Shown one piece after another: positions 39,341 to 48,975 of a stretch of DNA of 64,000 bases. Under the pieces are notes generated by a model. The model saw only the letters and a program-made list of their open reading frames with translations, made no database searches and had not been told where the DNA came from. Made by a program: the position numbers and the translations under genes. Numbering within the stretch: position 1 is the stretch's first letter; every line of letters starts with the position of its first letter. The DNA is from Armatimonadota bacterium (GTDB taxonomy: Bacteria > Armatimonadota > HRBIN16), in the NCBI GenBank assembly GCA_963677485.1, contig OY781964.1, positions 2,752,001-2,816,000 on the forward strand, read 5' to 3'.

Positions 39341-40665
39341 GCCGCTGGGCCGCCATATTTGTGTTGATCACACTCTGTCTGCCTGGCTGGTGCCTCATGC
39401 CGCCGGTGGAACGAATGGTGCTGTCCAACGGCGTCACCGTGGTGTCGGTCACGGAGCCTGGTGCGCGGATACTCTCCGTGCAGGCCTTTTTTAAAGTGGG
39501 CTTGTGGGCGGAGCCCTCTGGGCAGGCCGGAATCCGGCATCTGGTGGCCCGCAGTCTGTTCGGCAGCAGTGAGAACCAGAGTTCGGATGATCTGGCCCGC
39601 GAGATCGACCGGGTGGGGGGTGCTGTGTATGTCAACCCCGCCCCCGACATGATAGAGCTGGGTGTGAATACCGTGACCGATCAGTTTGCCAACGCCAGCT
39701 ATCTGCTCTGCGATGCCATCAAAAACCCTCAGTTTGAGCCCGTCGTGCTGGAAAGTGCGCGCACGGTCTGCCTGGCGGACCTGGAAGCGGAGCAGAACAG
39801 CCAATTTCGGGCCACATTCCGACTGCTGCGAAACCTCACCATGCCCGACTACAGCAGTTACAGCCGCAGCTTGATTGGTGACCGCAGCTTTCTGCAATCC
39901 GCCACAGCACAGCAGTGCCGCAGCTTCGCCGCCGGTCAGCTTACCGCCGACCGGCTGGTGGTTGTGGTGGTGGGGAACCTGCCCTCTGCTGCGGTGTTCA
40001 AGCGGTTGGACACTCTGCTGGGCGAGTGGCGTACGAAGCTCAGCACTCCGAGGCCTGATCCTCCGGCCCTGTCGCCAACCCGTGACGTGCTCAGCGATGT
40101 GCAGGACATGCCGACCGCCACCGCCTATCTGGGTGTGGGCGTCTCGGCACCTGGGATGCTGAGCCCGGATTATCCCGCCGCTCAGGTGCTGACCACACTG
40201 CTGGGCACCGGCAAAAGCAGCAGGGTATTCACCGAGCTGCGAACCCGCGCCGGCATGGGCTATGAGCTGGGCGGGTTCTACCCTGACCTGCGCGACGGCA
40301 GCCTGATCATGCTATACCTGCAGACCTTGACCAGCATGGATGACCCCAACACGGGCATGCCGGTGATGCTGGTGAACGAAGCCAAGCAGCAACTGGTGAA
40401 CCAACTTAAGCTGCTGGTGAGCAAGCCGCCCACGGATGCCGAGGTGTTGCGCGCCAAGCGGATGCTGATAGGCAACCACGCGTTGAAGCACCAGCGCCAG
40501 CGCGACCGCGCTTACTACCTCGGGTGGTACGAAGCGGTAGGCCTGGGGTGTGAATATGACCGGAAGTATGAGAGCATCATCAACGCCGTGACCGCTGAGC
40601 AGGTGCGCAGCCTCGCCAAGCGGCTCACCCCGGGTTACGCCGTGGCCGTGACTATGCCCAAATAG
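39337..40665 (+). CDS. M16 peptidase-like non-catalytic subunit
   Basis: LSNGVTV and SSRVFTELR, with HxxEH replaced by HLVAR. ATGA-coupled to the upstream gene. Confidence 0.88.
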   Translation: MSRWAAIFVLITLCLPGWCLMPPVERMVLSNGVTVVSVTEPGARILSVQAFFKVGLWAEPSGQAGIRHLVARSLFGSSENQSSDDLAREIDRVGGAVYVNPAPDMIELGVNTVTDQFANASYLLCDAIKNPQFEPVVLESARTVCLADLEAEQNSQFRATFRLLRNLTMPDYSSYSRSLIGDRSFLQSATAQQCRSFAAGQLTADRLVVVVVGNLPSAAVFKRLDTLLGEWRTKLSTPRPDPPALSPTRDVLSDVQDMPTATAYLGVGVSAPGMLSPDYPAAQVLTTLLGTGKSSRVFTELRTRAGMGYELGGFYPDLRDGSLIMLYLQTLTSMDDPNTGMPVMLVNEAKQQLVNQLKLLVSKPPTDAEVLRAKRMLIGNHALKHQRQRDRAYYLGWYEAVGLGCEYDRKYESIINAVTAEQVRSLAKRLTPGYAVAVTMPK

Positions 40666-40685
40666 CCGGAGTTTGGCGGGACCTT

Positions 40686-41261
40686 GTCTGAACCACGGAT
40701 TACGCGGATTATTTGGATTTCACGGATGGGGAGTAGACCCCGGTCCTACCTTTGCGTCCTTGCGTGTGACAGTTCCCATCCGCGTTCATTCGTGTTCATC
40801 CGTGGTTAAAAAATAACCTTCGTGCCGATCGCCGTCCGCCATGGAACCAGACCGGCGCGGTCTTGAGCCCTCTGTTACTTCCATAGTACCGTCAGACCGC
40901 CCCGGACATAGCCAATTGGGCTGCGGTGGGGGTTTCCCATCCGTGCCATCCGTGTAATCCGTGTAATCCGTGGTTCAGACAATCTGTGTCATCTGTGTCA
41001 TCTGTGGATGCGTTCCTCCCCTTCGTGTCCATTTGTGTCCATTCGTGGTTAAGAAATTCCCTCGTGTCAATAACCGTCCGGCTATCCGCCAGACCGGCGC
41101 GGTTAGGGGAAAACCGCCCCGGACATGGCCAACTAAGCGGTGACTTCCCCATCCGTTTCATCTGTGTAATCCGTAGTTCAGACAATCCGTGTAATCTGCG
41201 TAATCTGTGGATTTTCTTTCCCTTCGCGCCGTCACCTGCGGTGTCGCGTCTTCGCGTGAGA
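40686..41261. repeat. Largest triplet-module repeat array, with two CCGGCGCGG hairpin repeats interspersed
   Basis: About nine modules, for example ATCCGTGTAATCCGTGTAATCCGTGGTTCAGAC, ATCTGTGTCATCTGTGTCATCTGTGG and TTCGTGTCCATTTGTGTCCATTCGTGG. Confidence 0.85.
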
Positions 41262-41298
41262 CAATTACCTTGCACCGTCATCTGTCGATAACCCCCCC

Positions 41299-41327
41299 TT
41301 GACTGCATCCGCCATCTGGCGCACAAT
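41299..41327 (+). promoter_or_regulatory. Possible sigma70 promoter of the GH2 gene
   Basis: TTGACT-17 bp-CACAAT, upstream of a GGAGG RBS and TTG start at 41359. Confidence 0.4.
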
Positions 41328-41358
41328 ACATCAAGTATACAAATACGGAGGCACCACG

Positions 41359-43374
41359 TTGACAGAGCCCCTTCCCACAACGCACCTGCTGACCCCATGG
41401 TCAGACAAAATAGACAAACAGTGTCCCTGGCCGGAGTATCCCCGCCCGCAGATGGTGCGCGGCAACTGGCAGAACCTGAACGGAGCCTGGAACTACGCCA
41501 TTTTGCCCACAGAGGCATCGGCCCCTGAGCAGTTCGATGGCGAAATCCTGGTGCCGTATCCCGTGGAATCCGTGCTCTCCGGCGTGCAGAAGAGCGTTGG
41601 GCCAGAGAACAAGGTATGGTATCAGCGCAGTTTTACGGTGGCTAGCTTGACGCATGGCAACCGGCTCTGGCTGCACTTCGGGGCTGTGGACTGGCATACG
41701 CAGGTCTGGATCAACGGCCAGATGGTGGGCGAGCACAAAGGCGGATATCTGCCCTTCCAGTTCGACATCACCGATGCGCTGGTGGAGGGTGAGCAAACCA
41801 TCACCGTGGCGGTCTGGGACCCCACCGATACCAAGAGTTATCCGCGCGGTAAGCAGGTTCTCCATCCTGAGGGCATCTGGTATACTCCCGTGACGGGCAT
41901 CTGGCAGACCGTCTGGCTGGAAGTCGCGGCCGCCAACGGCATCAGCAGCGTCAAGGTAGAAGGCGACCTCGAGACCGAATCGGCGGTCATCACAGTGAAC
42001 AGCTATGCCGGCAGCCAGAAACTGCGTGTGGTGGTTCAGGCCGTGTTGGACGGCATGGTGGTGGGCACCGCCTCTGGCTGGCCCAACGAGCCCATGCAGA
42101 TGACGCTGGATGCCGTCAGGCCATGGTCACCCGAAAACCCGGCCTTGTATGACCTGCAAGTGAAGCTGATGCAGGATGAGAAGCTGATTGACGAGGTGCA
42201 GAGCTACTTCGCGCTGCGCACCGTAGAGCGCCGACGTGATGCCAACGGTGTGCTTCGCATGTATCTGAACGGCAACCCATGCTTCATGATCGGGCCCCTC
42301 GATCAGGGCTGGTGGCCTGATGGGCTATATATCCCTGCCACGGACGAAGCACTGCGGTTTGATGTGGCAGCCACCCTCGAGCTGGGTTACAACATGGCCC
42401 GCAAGCACATCAAGGTGGAGCCCGAGCGCTGGTACTACTGGTGCGACAAGCTGGGTCTGATGGTCTGGCAGGACATGCCCAGTGGATTCGTCGTCGGCCA
42501 GGCCATTCCGCCCGGTGCCGCAGAAGATGCCGTGCTGGATGAAGCCGCCAACGCCCATTTCCTGGTGGAGTTGGATGGCATGATCGAGGCCCTCAGGGCA
42601 CACCCCAGCATCGTCGTCTGGGTGCCGTTCAATGAAGGCTGGGGGCAGCATGACACCAATACTATTCTGGAACGCGTGAAGAATGCCGATACCACTCGGC
42701 TGGTGGATGGTCCTACCGGTTGGGAAGACCGCGGTTATGGCGACATGATCGACATGCACAACTACCCAGGGCCAGGAATGTTTGAGGTGATGGAGTCCCG
42801 AATCAGCGTGCTGGGCGAGTTCGGCGGGCTGGCCTACGCGGTGCCCGGACATCTGTGGTGGGACCACAACTTCGGCTATCGCAGCTTTGGCACCCGCGAG
42901 GAGCTGGTGCGCCAGTATATCCGGCTGATGAAGCGACTCTGCTGGCTGAAGAGCCAGGGGCTATCCGCGGCGGTGTATACGCAGACCACGGACGTTGAGG
43001 GTGAAATCAACGGCCTGCTGACTTACGACCGCGCCATCTGGAAGCTGCTGCCGGAGGAGATTGCCGTATGGCATCAGCGCGTCATCGAATGCGATGATAC
43101 GTTCAAGCGATGCTCCATGGAGATAAAATGGGACAGCTCCACCGGCTTGGTGGAGCTTGACCCCGACGCCTTCTTCTACCCTCATCTGGAGTGCGAAGGT
43201 GCCGGCAAGGTCATGCTGAACGGCCAAGTTTTTGCGGAGCTTAGCGAAGGCAAACACAGCATCGGCTTCAGTATCGACCAGCACAACATGCTGGTGAATG
43301 GTGCCAACACATGGCAGCTTGAAGGCGAGTTGCGGGGCGTGCAACTGGTGGACATCTGCCCGGAAGCCGAATAA
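41359..43374 (+). CDS. Glycoside hydrolase family 2
   Basis: PEYPRPQM, LHFGAVDW, GIWQTVWLE, LDQGWWPDG, WVPFNEGWG and LGEFGG. Confidence 0.92.
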   Translation: MTEPLPTTHLLTPWSDKIDKQCPWPEYPRPQMVRGNWQNLNGAWNYAILPTEASAPEQFDGEILVPYPVESVLSGVQKSVGPENKVWYQRSFTVASLTHGNRLWLHFGAVDWHTQVWINGQMVGEHKGGYLPFQFDITDALVEGEQTITVAVWDPTDTKSYPRGKQVLHPEGIWYTPVTGIWQTVWLEVAAANGISSVKVEGDLETESAVITVNSYAGSQKLRVVVQAVLDGMVVGTASGWPNEPMQMTLDAVRPWSPENPALYDLQVKLMQDEKLIDEVQSYFALRTVERRRDANGVLRMYLNGNPCFMIGPLDQGWWPDGLYIPATDEALRFDVAATLELGYNMARKHIKVEPERWYYWCDKLGLMVWQDMPSGFVVGQAIPPGAAEDAVLDEAANAHFLVELDGMIEALRAHPSIVVWVPFNEGWGQHDTNTILERVKNADTTRLVDGPTGWEDRGYGDMIDMHNYPGPGMFEVMESRISVLGEFGGLAYAVPGHLWWDHNFGYRSFGTREELVRQYIRLMKRLCWLKSQGLSAAVYTQTTDVEGEINGLLTYDRAIWKLLPEEIAVWHQRVIECDDTFKRCSMEIKWDSSTGLVELDPDAFFYPHLECEGAGKVMLNGQVFAELSEGKHSIGFSIDQHNMLVNGANTWQLEGELRGVQLVDICPEAE

Positions 43375-43767
43375 GCGAAATCCCTGGGGCACCGAATTCG
43401 GTGCCCCGGGCTGATTGCACCTTCTCTAGTTTTAAGCCCCACTCATAAAACTAACTAGTGATTCATATAGTAGCTTAGCTTAGTGTACGTACTATATACC
43501 TATAATATATCATCAAACATTTCGTTTTCATAAGAAATTTCGCCGAAACGAGGAAAACCTAATTGCAAACATCTCAAAGAAACCTCATGTCCAAAATGGC
43601 TAAAATTCATATGATAACGTATATATTGCCATAAATATGTCATTTAACATCACAATGGACTGGGGTCGATTTTTTGTTTTTTTGGCGTAGTTTACACCAA
43701 TCCAGCCGATGAGGCGGGCTTTTCATGTTGTTCCCCTTCGGGCGGGTGCCTGCATCAGGGAATCTCT

Positions 43768-44877
43768 TCAAAAAGTCCTTAGCACACGATAGCTGATGAA
43801 CTGCTCGCGTATGGGGAAGCTCTGTTCGCCGCCGTCGTACGGAATCACCAGAAAGACAAACCACACGGAATACACCCTACGTTCAGTCCCACCCCTGATG
43901 CTGAACGTGGACACGCGGTAATCATATCTGTTCACACTCCTTAAATAAGCTCCGTCCGCTAACGCCCCATTCGTCAGTATCGTCTGCAGGGTATTATATG
44001 GCTTCGCGCTTTTATCTTGGGGGTCGCGGTTCAATATCGCCCATTTTATGGCCGCCCGCAGCTCCTTTTCCGTGAGTGCAGGTTGAGATTTGCCCACAGC
44101 ATCGGCTTGAGCTTTCACATTGAACGCCTTCACCACATCGGGCAATTTGGTGGGGACGGGAAGGGCGCGACTCTCCTCGACTTGGTCTGGGGCCTGGGCA
44201 CCCACGATGATGGTGTTGCCGTTGTAGTCTCTGGTCACCATGCCAAGTCTCGTGGCAAATTCGGAGGCACCTGTGCCGACGGGATGTATATCTGCAGCTC
44301 GTGACGCTTGCAATGTCGGTTTTCCCTGTGCCTCCATTTCCAGAACGCGATGGCTTATGAACCGCTCGCGGATAGAGAACGAGCTGACGCCGCCATCACG
44401 TGGTATCACCAAGCGCACGGACCACACATTGAATTCGAATAGATCCGAACCGCCATTCTTGCTCTCGAGATAGGGTCCAAGGCGTCGGTATCGGTTCACA
44501 CTCTGAAGGTAAGCACCGTCCACTAACGCTTTGTTTGTGATGATCTTCCGTATTGTTGCATATTGCTGTTTCGTGGCCTGCTTTGGGTCGGGTGTGATTA
44601 TTTCCGAATTTAACGCCCCGATCAGCTCATTCACGGTGAGCGGCGGCTGAGTTTTGCCTACAGGGTCACTTTTTGCTTTGGTATTGAACTCCTTAACTAC
44701 ATCTAGTAGTTTGCTGGGTACCGGTAATGTGCGGCTATCCTCAACCTGGTCCTGGGCCTGGGCCCCGACTATGATACTGACGCCGGGCACAGCCTTTACT
44801 ATCTGAGACGCCATGGCGGTCGATGATATCACCGCGAGGAGTGATAGTGTGGTAACAGCGTTCTTATGGTATTTCAT
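43768..44877 (-). CDS. Secreted hypothetical protein made of two tandem copies of an approximately 145-aa domain
   Basis: Signal peptide. 'IIVGAQA.DQVE.SR.LPVP.KL.DVVK.FN.KA..D.VGK.QP.LT..EL...IRE.FIS.RVL' occurs twice. Confidence 0.8.
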   Translation of the reverse strand: MKYHKNAVTTLSLLAVISSTAMASQIVKAVPGVSIIVGAQAQDQVEDSRTLPVPSKLLDVVKEFNTKAKSDPVGKTQPPLTVNELIGALNSEIITPDPKQATKQQYATIRKIITNKALVDGAYLQSVNRYRRLGPYLESKNGGSDLFEFNVWSVRLVIPRDGGVSSFSIRERFISHRVLEMEAQGKPTLQASRAADIHPVGTGASEFATRLGMVTRDYNGNTIIVGAQAPDQVEESRALPVPTKLPDVVKAFNVKAQADAVGKSQPALTEKELRAAIKWAILNRDPQDKSAKPYNTLQTILTNGALADGAYLRSVNRYDYRVSTFSIRGGTERRVYSVWFVFLVIPYDGGEQSFPIREQFISYRVLRTF

Positions 44878-44904
44878 CGGACCCCTCTTATATTGCTAGT
44901 TGAG

Positions 44905-46284
44905 CTAGCGTTCTATCGTCGGTACAACGGTAGGCATTGGCGTCTGGTCACGCACAGCACCGTATAGATTCAACCACCTGCGGCCTACAGGACGGATCAG
45001 GGAGCCGTCATCCATCATTACCCACTCTTTGCTCCAGGGCGTATTGGGGCCCTGGGTGGTTTCATTCACCCGTTCTGACGTCTTGCCTGGCGACATCAGT
45101 ATCAGCCCACCCTCTGCGCCTGGCGATATGGTCAGGTGTGCTGCACTAGCGATCACTTCCAACACTGCGCCTAGCGGAATTCCGCGCGCCTCAGTCTTCA
45201 CGCTGATGTCGTTCGGCACCTTAGCATCGACGGTGATCTTTAGCGAGGTCACCTTTGAGAGTGCCTCCGCTGCCTGGCGTATTCTTGCGGACTTCAGCAC
45301 AATATCGACGGGTTTTGCGAGTGTAACCAACCGTCGTGCGGCCGCCAGAGCAGCCGTACACTCAGCTATCTGCTCGCGCAGTTGTTTCATGTCAGCATTT
45401 AGTTGTGGCAACACCTGTTGCTTGGGGGGCCGACTTTCTCTTCTCTTCGCTGTTTCCCTATATCTTAAGGACAGATGCTGCTGCGCCGTCAAGAATTTCA
45501 GCTCAGATTGTAATTCGTTGAGCTGAGACGACAGCAAGCGGATTTGGTTGTTGATAGCCCGCAAAGGTTCTTGAATCTCGGTATATGCACCGTCGGCGGC
45601 CTGGTCAGTGGGTGAGGCTGCAGTGGGATCTGACACATTCGGAGCAGGTGAAAGCATAGGGAGAGCCTCAATAGTGCCGCTTCTCCCATTCTCCCGTCGT
45701 TTTATCTCTTCTGGCGTTAACCAACGGCATCGAATGAACTGCTCGCGGATCGGGATTGCGTGGGTGCCGTGCTGATTTGGGATCACTAACCGCACAGACC
45801 ACACAGTAAATGTCATGCCGTTGTTTTCATATCCGGTCAGCACTTCAAGATAGGCGTCATCTGCGAGAGTTCGGGACATGGCAATCTTCTCAAGTGTGGC
45901 ATTTTCCGCGGGCGACATCATCTTTGGCACTGGGTTCTTGATCATCCATTGGATGAAGGCCAGTAACTCATCTTCGGTCAATTCGGGCTGGTCTTTGCCT
46001 ACAGGGTCTGCCGCAGCTTTCCTATTGAACTCTTGAATCGCTGCAGATAGCGTGGCGGGGTGAGGTATCTCGGTCTCAGCAGCTACCAGGAGAGATGGAG
46101 CGATATCGGTCGCAACGTAGGGCCCCATGGGCAGCCGGTCATCATGATTTGCACCAGTGGCCGCCGGGGTATTGTCGGCGGCGCGGCAGGGCATCATATT
46201 CGAAGCCGTTAACGCGAGTGCTGCCAGCACAACCATCGTGATCCGTGCATTTTTTGTCATTTCGCTCTCCATGTGTCTATTCAT
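44905..46284 (-). CDS. Secreted hypothetical protein: the same unknown domain, a coiled coil and an STN-like domain
   Basis: 'FNRKAAADPVGKDQPELTEDEL...VWSVRLVIP...IREQFI', then C-terminal 'PVDIVLKSARIRQAAEALSK...ITVDAKV...IPLGAVLEVIA'. Confidence 0.75.
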   Translation of the reverse strand: MNRHMESEMTKNARITMVVLAALALTASNMMPCRAADNTPAATGANHDDRLPMGPYVATDIAPSLLVAAETEIPHPATLSAAIQEFNRKAAADPVGKDQPELTEDELLAFIQWMIKNPVPKMMSPAENATLEKIAMSRTLADDAYLEVLTGYENNGMTFTVWSVRLVIPNQHGTHAIPIREQFIRCRWLTPEEIKRRENGRSGTIEALPMLSPAPNVSDPTAASPTDQAADGAYTEIQEPLRAINNQIRLLSSQLNELQSELKFLTAQQHLSLRYRETAKRRESRPPKQQVLPQLNADMKQLREQIAECTAALAAARRLVTLAKPVDIVLKSARIRQAAEALSKVTSLKITVDAKVPNDISVKTEARGIPLGAVLEVIASAAHLTISPGAEGGLILMSPGKTSERVNETTQGPNTPWSKEWVMMDDGSLIRPVGRRWLNLYGAVRDQTPMPTVVPTIER

Positions 46285-47146
46285 CGCGGCGCAGTGAGGT
46301 AACTACCGTAACCGTGAATGATGGTGTTGGGCGAGAACCCGAAATCGCCACCTCTTCTTGAGTGCGTTGGGTGTAAGGGTCATCGGTAATGGTCCACTCG
46401 GTTTTCGCGCGGTGACCGTCCTTGTCTGTGCTCCAGGCCGAGGCATATGCATATCCGATTTCATCGTCCGCGGCATAGCCGGTAGACACTTTGATCGATG
46501 GCATCGTGCGTGCGAGCACAAACTGGGTCGTTGCACTAACCCTGTTGTCATCAACTGTGCTCAGTGATCGAATGGAGTTTGGCTTCTCCAGTCGCTGCTC
46601 TCCAACATATTGGTCCGTACGGGCACTCTGGGTCGGAAAGGGCGTATACGGGGGTACACTGGCTATTTGCCTTAGCGCGACCACACGCTCAACTCGCTGC
46701 GGCTGTTGAGGAGATACCACAGGATATCGATGCGGCACAGCGACACTTTTCACGGTGCTCAACATGGCTTTTAGTTGGACAGCCGGTCCGACATGCTTGA
46801 CTTCGGGAATAACTGTGGGCTTCACCATGTGGGTTTCTGACCGGACACTGGCTGGCTTCGATGCAATTCTCGCTTGGTTATTGGCTTCGTCCCTGTGTGA
46901 GTTCACGCTCCAGACCACTCCTATCACAACCACCGCCAACACGATTGCCGGAACAGCCCACAGCAGATTTGGGCGTTTAACCTGGACATGGGACAGGCGT
47001 GAGGCTGCCGCCGCATCTGCCAGGAGACGCTGCTTCAACCCCTCCAACGGGGCGGGAAGAGGGGCATTGCGCATCGCCAGCTCCAATAGTCTGCGTTCTT
47101 GTCTGACCCTATAGCTTCGGCGTATGAATGATATCAACCTATTCAC
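46277..47146 (-). CDS. Putative single-pass membrane anti-sigma factor
   Basis: Overlaps the ECF sigma stop. Short cytoplasmic N-terminus 'PAPLEGLKQRLLA', then TM LLWAVPAIVLAVVVIGVVW and a Pro-rich linker. Confidence 0.6.
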   Translation of the reverse strand: MNRLISFIRRSYRVRQERRLLELAMRNAPLPAPLEGLKQRLLADAAAASRLSHVQVKRPNLLWAVPAIVLAVVVIGVVWSVNSHRDEANNQARIASKPASVRSETHMVKPTVIPEVKHVGPAVQLKAMLSTVKSVAVPHRYPVVSPQQPQRVERVVALRQIASVPPYTPFPTQSARTDQYVGEQRLEKPNSIRSLSTVDDNRVSATTQFVLARTMPSIKVSTGYAADDEIGYAYASAWSTDKDGHRAKTEWTITDDPYTQRTQEEVAISGSRPTPSFTVTVVTSLRRDE

Positions 47147-47699
47147 TATCTTCGATCTCCTCCCTCAGAGCGGTTCGCAGCTTCTCGAATGCGACGAAAA
47201 GACGTGTCTTCACCGTGCCTAACGGCAGGCCAAGAATGTCGGCCACTTCGCGGTATTTCAACCCCTGGGTGCATCGCAACACCACGACCTCTCGGTATAT
47301 CAGCGGCAACTCGGTCACAGCCTGCTGCACTTTTTGGTTCATCTCTTCCGCCCTCAGCCGTTCGATCAACTCAGGCATGGGGTCAGGAGAAACCAGGGTG
47401 TCTTCATCTATTGGTTCGGTCTGTGGATGGTCGCGCCGCATATACTCACGGCAGACGTTCAGGGCGATGGTATGCATCCAGGTCGCCAGTGACGCACGCC
47501 CCTCAAACTTGTCCAACGACCGCCAAGCCGTTGCGAAAGTGTCCTGTGTCAAATCTTCAGCCAGTGCCACGTCCCTGGTCATGCGGTAAAGGAACGCATA
47601 TATCCGTTCATAATGCGTTTCTACTACCTCGCTATATGCCTTCATCTGACCGTTGCTCAGTTCCCGCAATAGCTTGCGGTCGCGGTATGACATGGCCAC
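47139..47699 (-). CDS. ECF RNA polymerase sigma factor
   Basis: AEDLTQDTF, FEGRASLATWMHTIALN and YREVADILGLPLGTVKTRLF. Confidence 0.93.
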   Translation of the reverse strand: MAMSYRDRKLLRELSNGQMKAYSEVVETHYERIYAFLYRMTRDVALAEDLTQDTFATAWRSLDKFEGRASLATWMHTIALNVCREYMRRDHPQTEPIDEDTLVSPDPMPELIERLRAEEMNQKVQQAVTELPLIYREVVVLRCTQGLKYREVADILGLPLGTVKTRLFVAFEKLRTALREEIEDSE

Positions 47700-47830
47700 T
47701 CCAGTTTCGCTTATTTTGGCTTCCGTATATTTAGATGCAGTGAAGGCCTGTTTTGTTTGGTGAGGTGGTGGTGAGGAGGGACACGGTCTATTGACTACAG
47801 TTCATATGCCCACCCCCGCGCTCTAAAGGA

Positions 47831-48058
47831 CAGCCAAAAACCCACAAATCCAGATTGGGATCGTATCGACCATGTTCCGCGACATAAATGTCTCGGCTAT
47901 TGATCAATAAGCCCGCTAAACCGGGCTGCGGAGCTCCTTGCCGACAAAGATAACGTTAATGAAGACTGCTTCAGCAGCCTTGGTGTTCAATAGCCGAGAC
48001 ATTTATGTCGCGGAATCGGTGACCTACTGGCCATGCTATATTTGTGGGTAATAGACTG
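47831..48058. mobile_element. 228-bp MITE-like element, copy 2 (inverted)
   Basis: Reverse complement of 16738-16965 with a few substitutions. Ends CAGCCAAAAACCCACAA / TTGTGGGTAATAGACTG. Confidence 0.75.
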
Positions 48059-48265
48059 ACATTTATGTCGCGGAATCGGTGGCCGTAGACCTTCAATTCA
48101 TTTGTAGGTATTCGACCGGGTGACGAGACCCGCGGTAGCGTGTGCTGGTAGCCGGTGATGTGGTCGATCAGCCCGAGTCGACGGGTTCCATCGCCTCCTG
48201 CGGGCGCTGGCGGAGGCCACCCTGCGCCCTTGCGTTTGTAATCTTTTGCTCGCCTCAGCTGTCGT

Positions 48266-48910
48266 CTACAGATTCATCAGCTTGCGGCAGAGCACGGCCA
48301 GGCCGGTGGAGAGGTCCTCATTTTGCACGGCGATGCCTTTTGGCAGTTGCAGAGCCACGGAAGTGAAGTTCCAAATCCCCTTGATGCCTGCGGATACGAG
48401 CAATTGGGCCACCTCATGGGCGGCGGGTGAGGGCACGGTCAGGATGCCGATCTTGACCTCCAGCCTCCTCACGGTAGCGTCAAACGAGCTCATGGGAAGC
48501 ACTGGTATTCCGTGAATACTGCGGCCAACGATACTTTCATCACCATCAAATGCCGCCACTATACGCAGGCCATGCTTTTCAAAGGCGCGGTAGCCCAGCA
48601 GCGCAGTTCCCAGGTGGCCCACACCCACCAGCACCGCATCGCTGGTCATGTTCCAGCCCAGATACCTTTGGATACTTTCCACCAACTGCTGCACGGAATA
48701 GCCTATACGCGGCCGGCCTGTGACACCAGTCACCGACAGATCCTTACGTACCTGCACTTGATCCAGCTCCAACGCATTGGCGATGTGCGTGGTGCTGATG
48801 TTTTCCTGTCCGGTGCTTTGATACTCCAGCAAGACTTGAAGGTAGGCGGGCAGACGTCTGATGGTGGGTAGACTTCCGGTTTTGGCCGCAGGTTGTGTTG
48901 GCGTGGACAT
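48266..48910 (-). CDS. rex: Redox-sensing transcriptional repressor Rex
   Basis: PTIRRLPAYL, QVRKDLS, GRPRIGY, VGVGHLG, AAFD and GIWNF. Confidence 0.95.
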   Translation of the reverse strand: MSTPTQPAAKTGSLPTIRRLPAYLQVLLEYQSTGQENISTTHIANALELDQVQVRKDLSVTGVTGRPRIGYSVQQLVESIQRYLGWNMTSDAVLVGVGHLGTALLGYRAFEKHGLRIVAAFDGDESIVGRSIHGIPVLPMSSFDATVRRLEVKIGILTVPSPAAHEVAQLLVSAGIKGIWNFTSVALQLPKGIAVQNEDLSTGLAVLCRKLMNL

Positions 48911-48975
48911 GAGTGCTCTCTTTCGTTGGTGTGGGGCACCAAATCAGATGCCCCACTATTCAGTGTATCTGGTGA

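Noticed and set aside
40686-41261. CRISPR array
   Set aside because: There is no constant repeat with equal-length unique spacers, the modules differ in sequence and orientation, and no cas genes are present.
40892-41518. ORFs 40892..41518 (-) and 40926..41291 (+) with CxxC-like repeats
   Set aside because: These are translations of 9-nt DNA repeats, not credible proteins.
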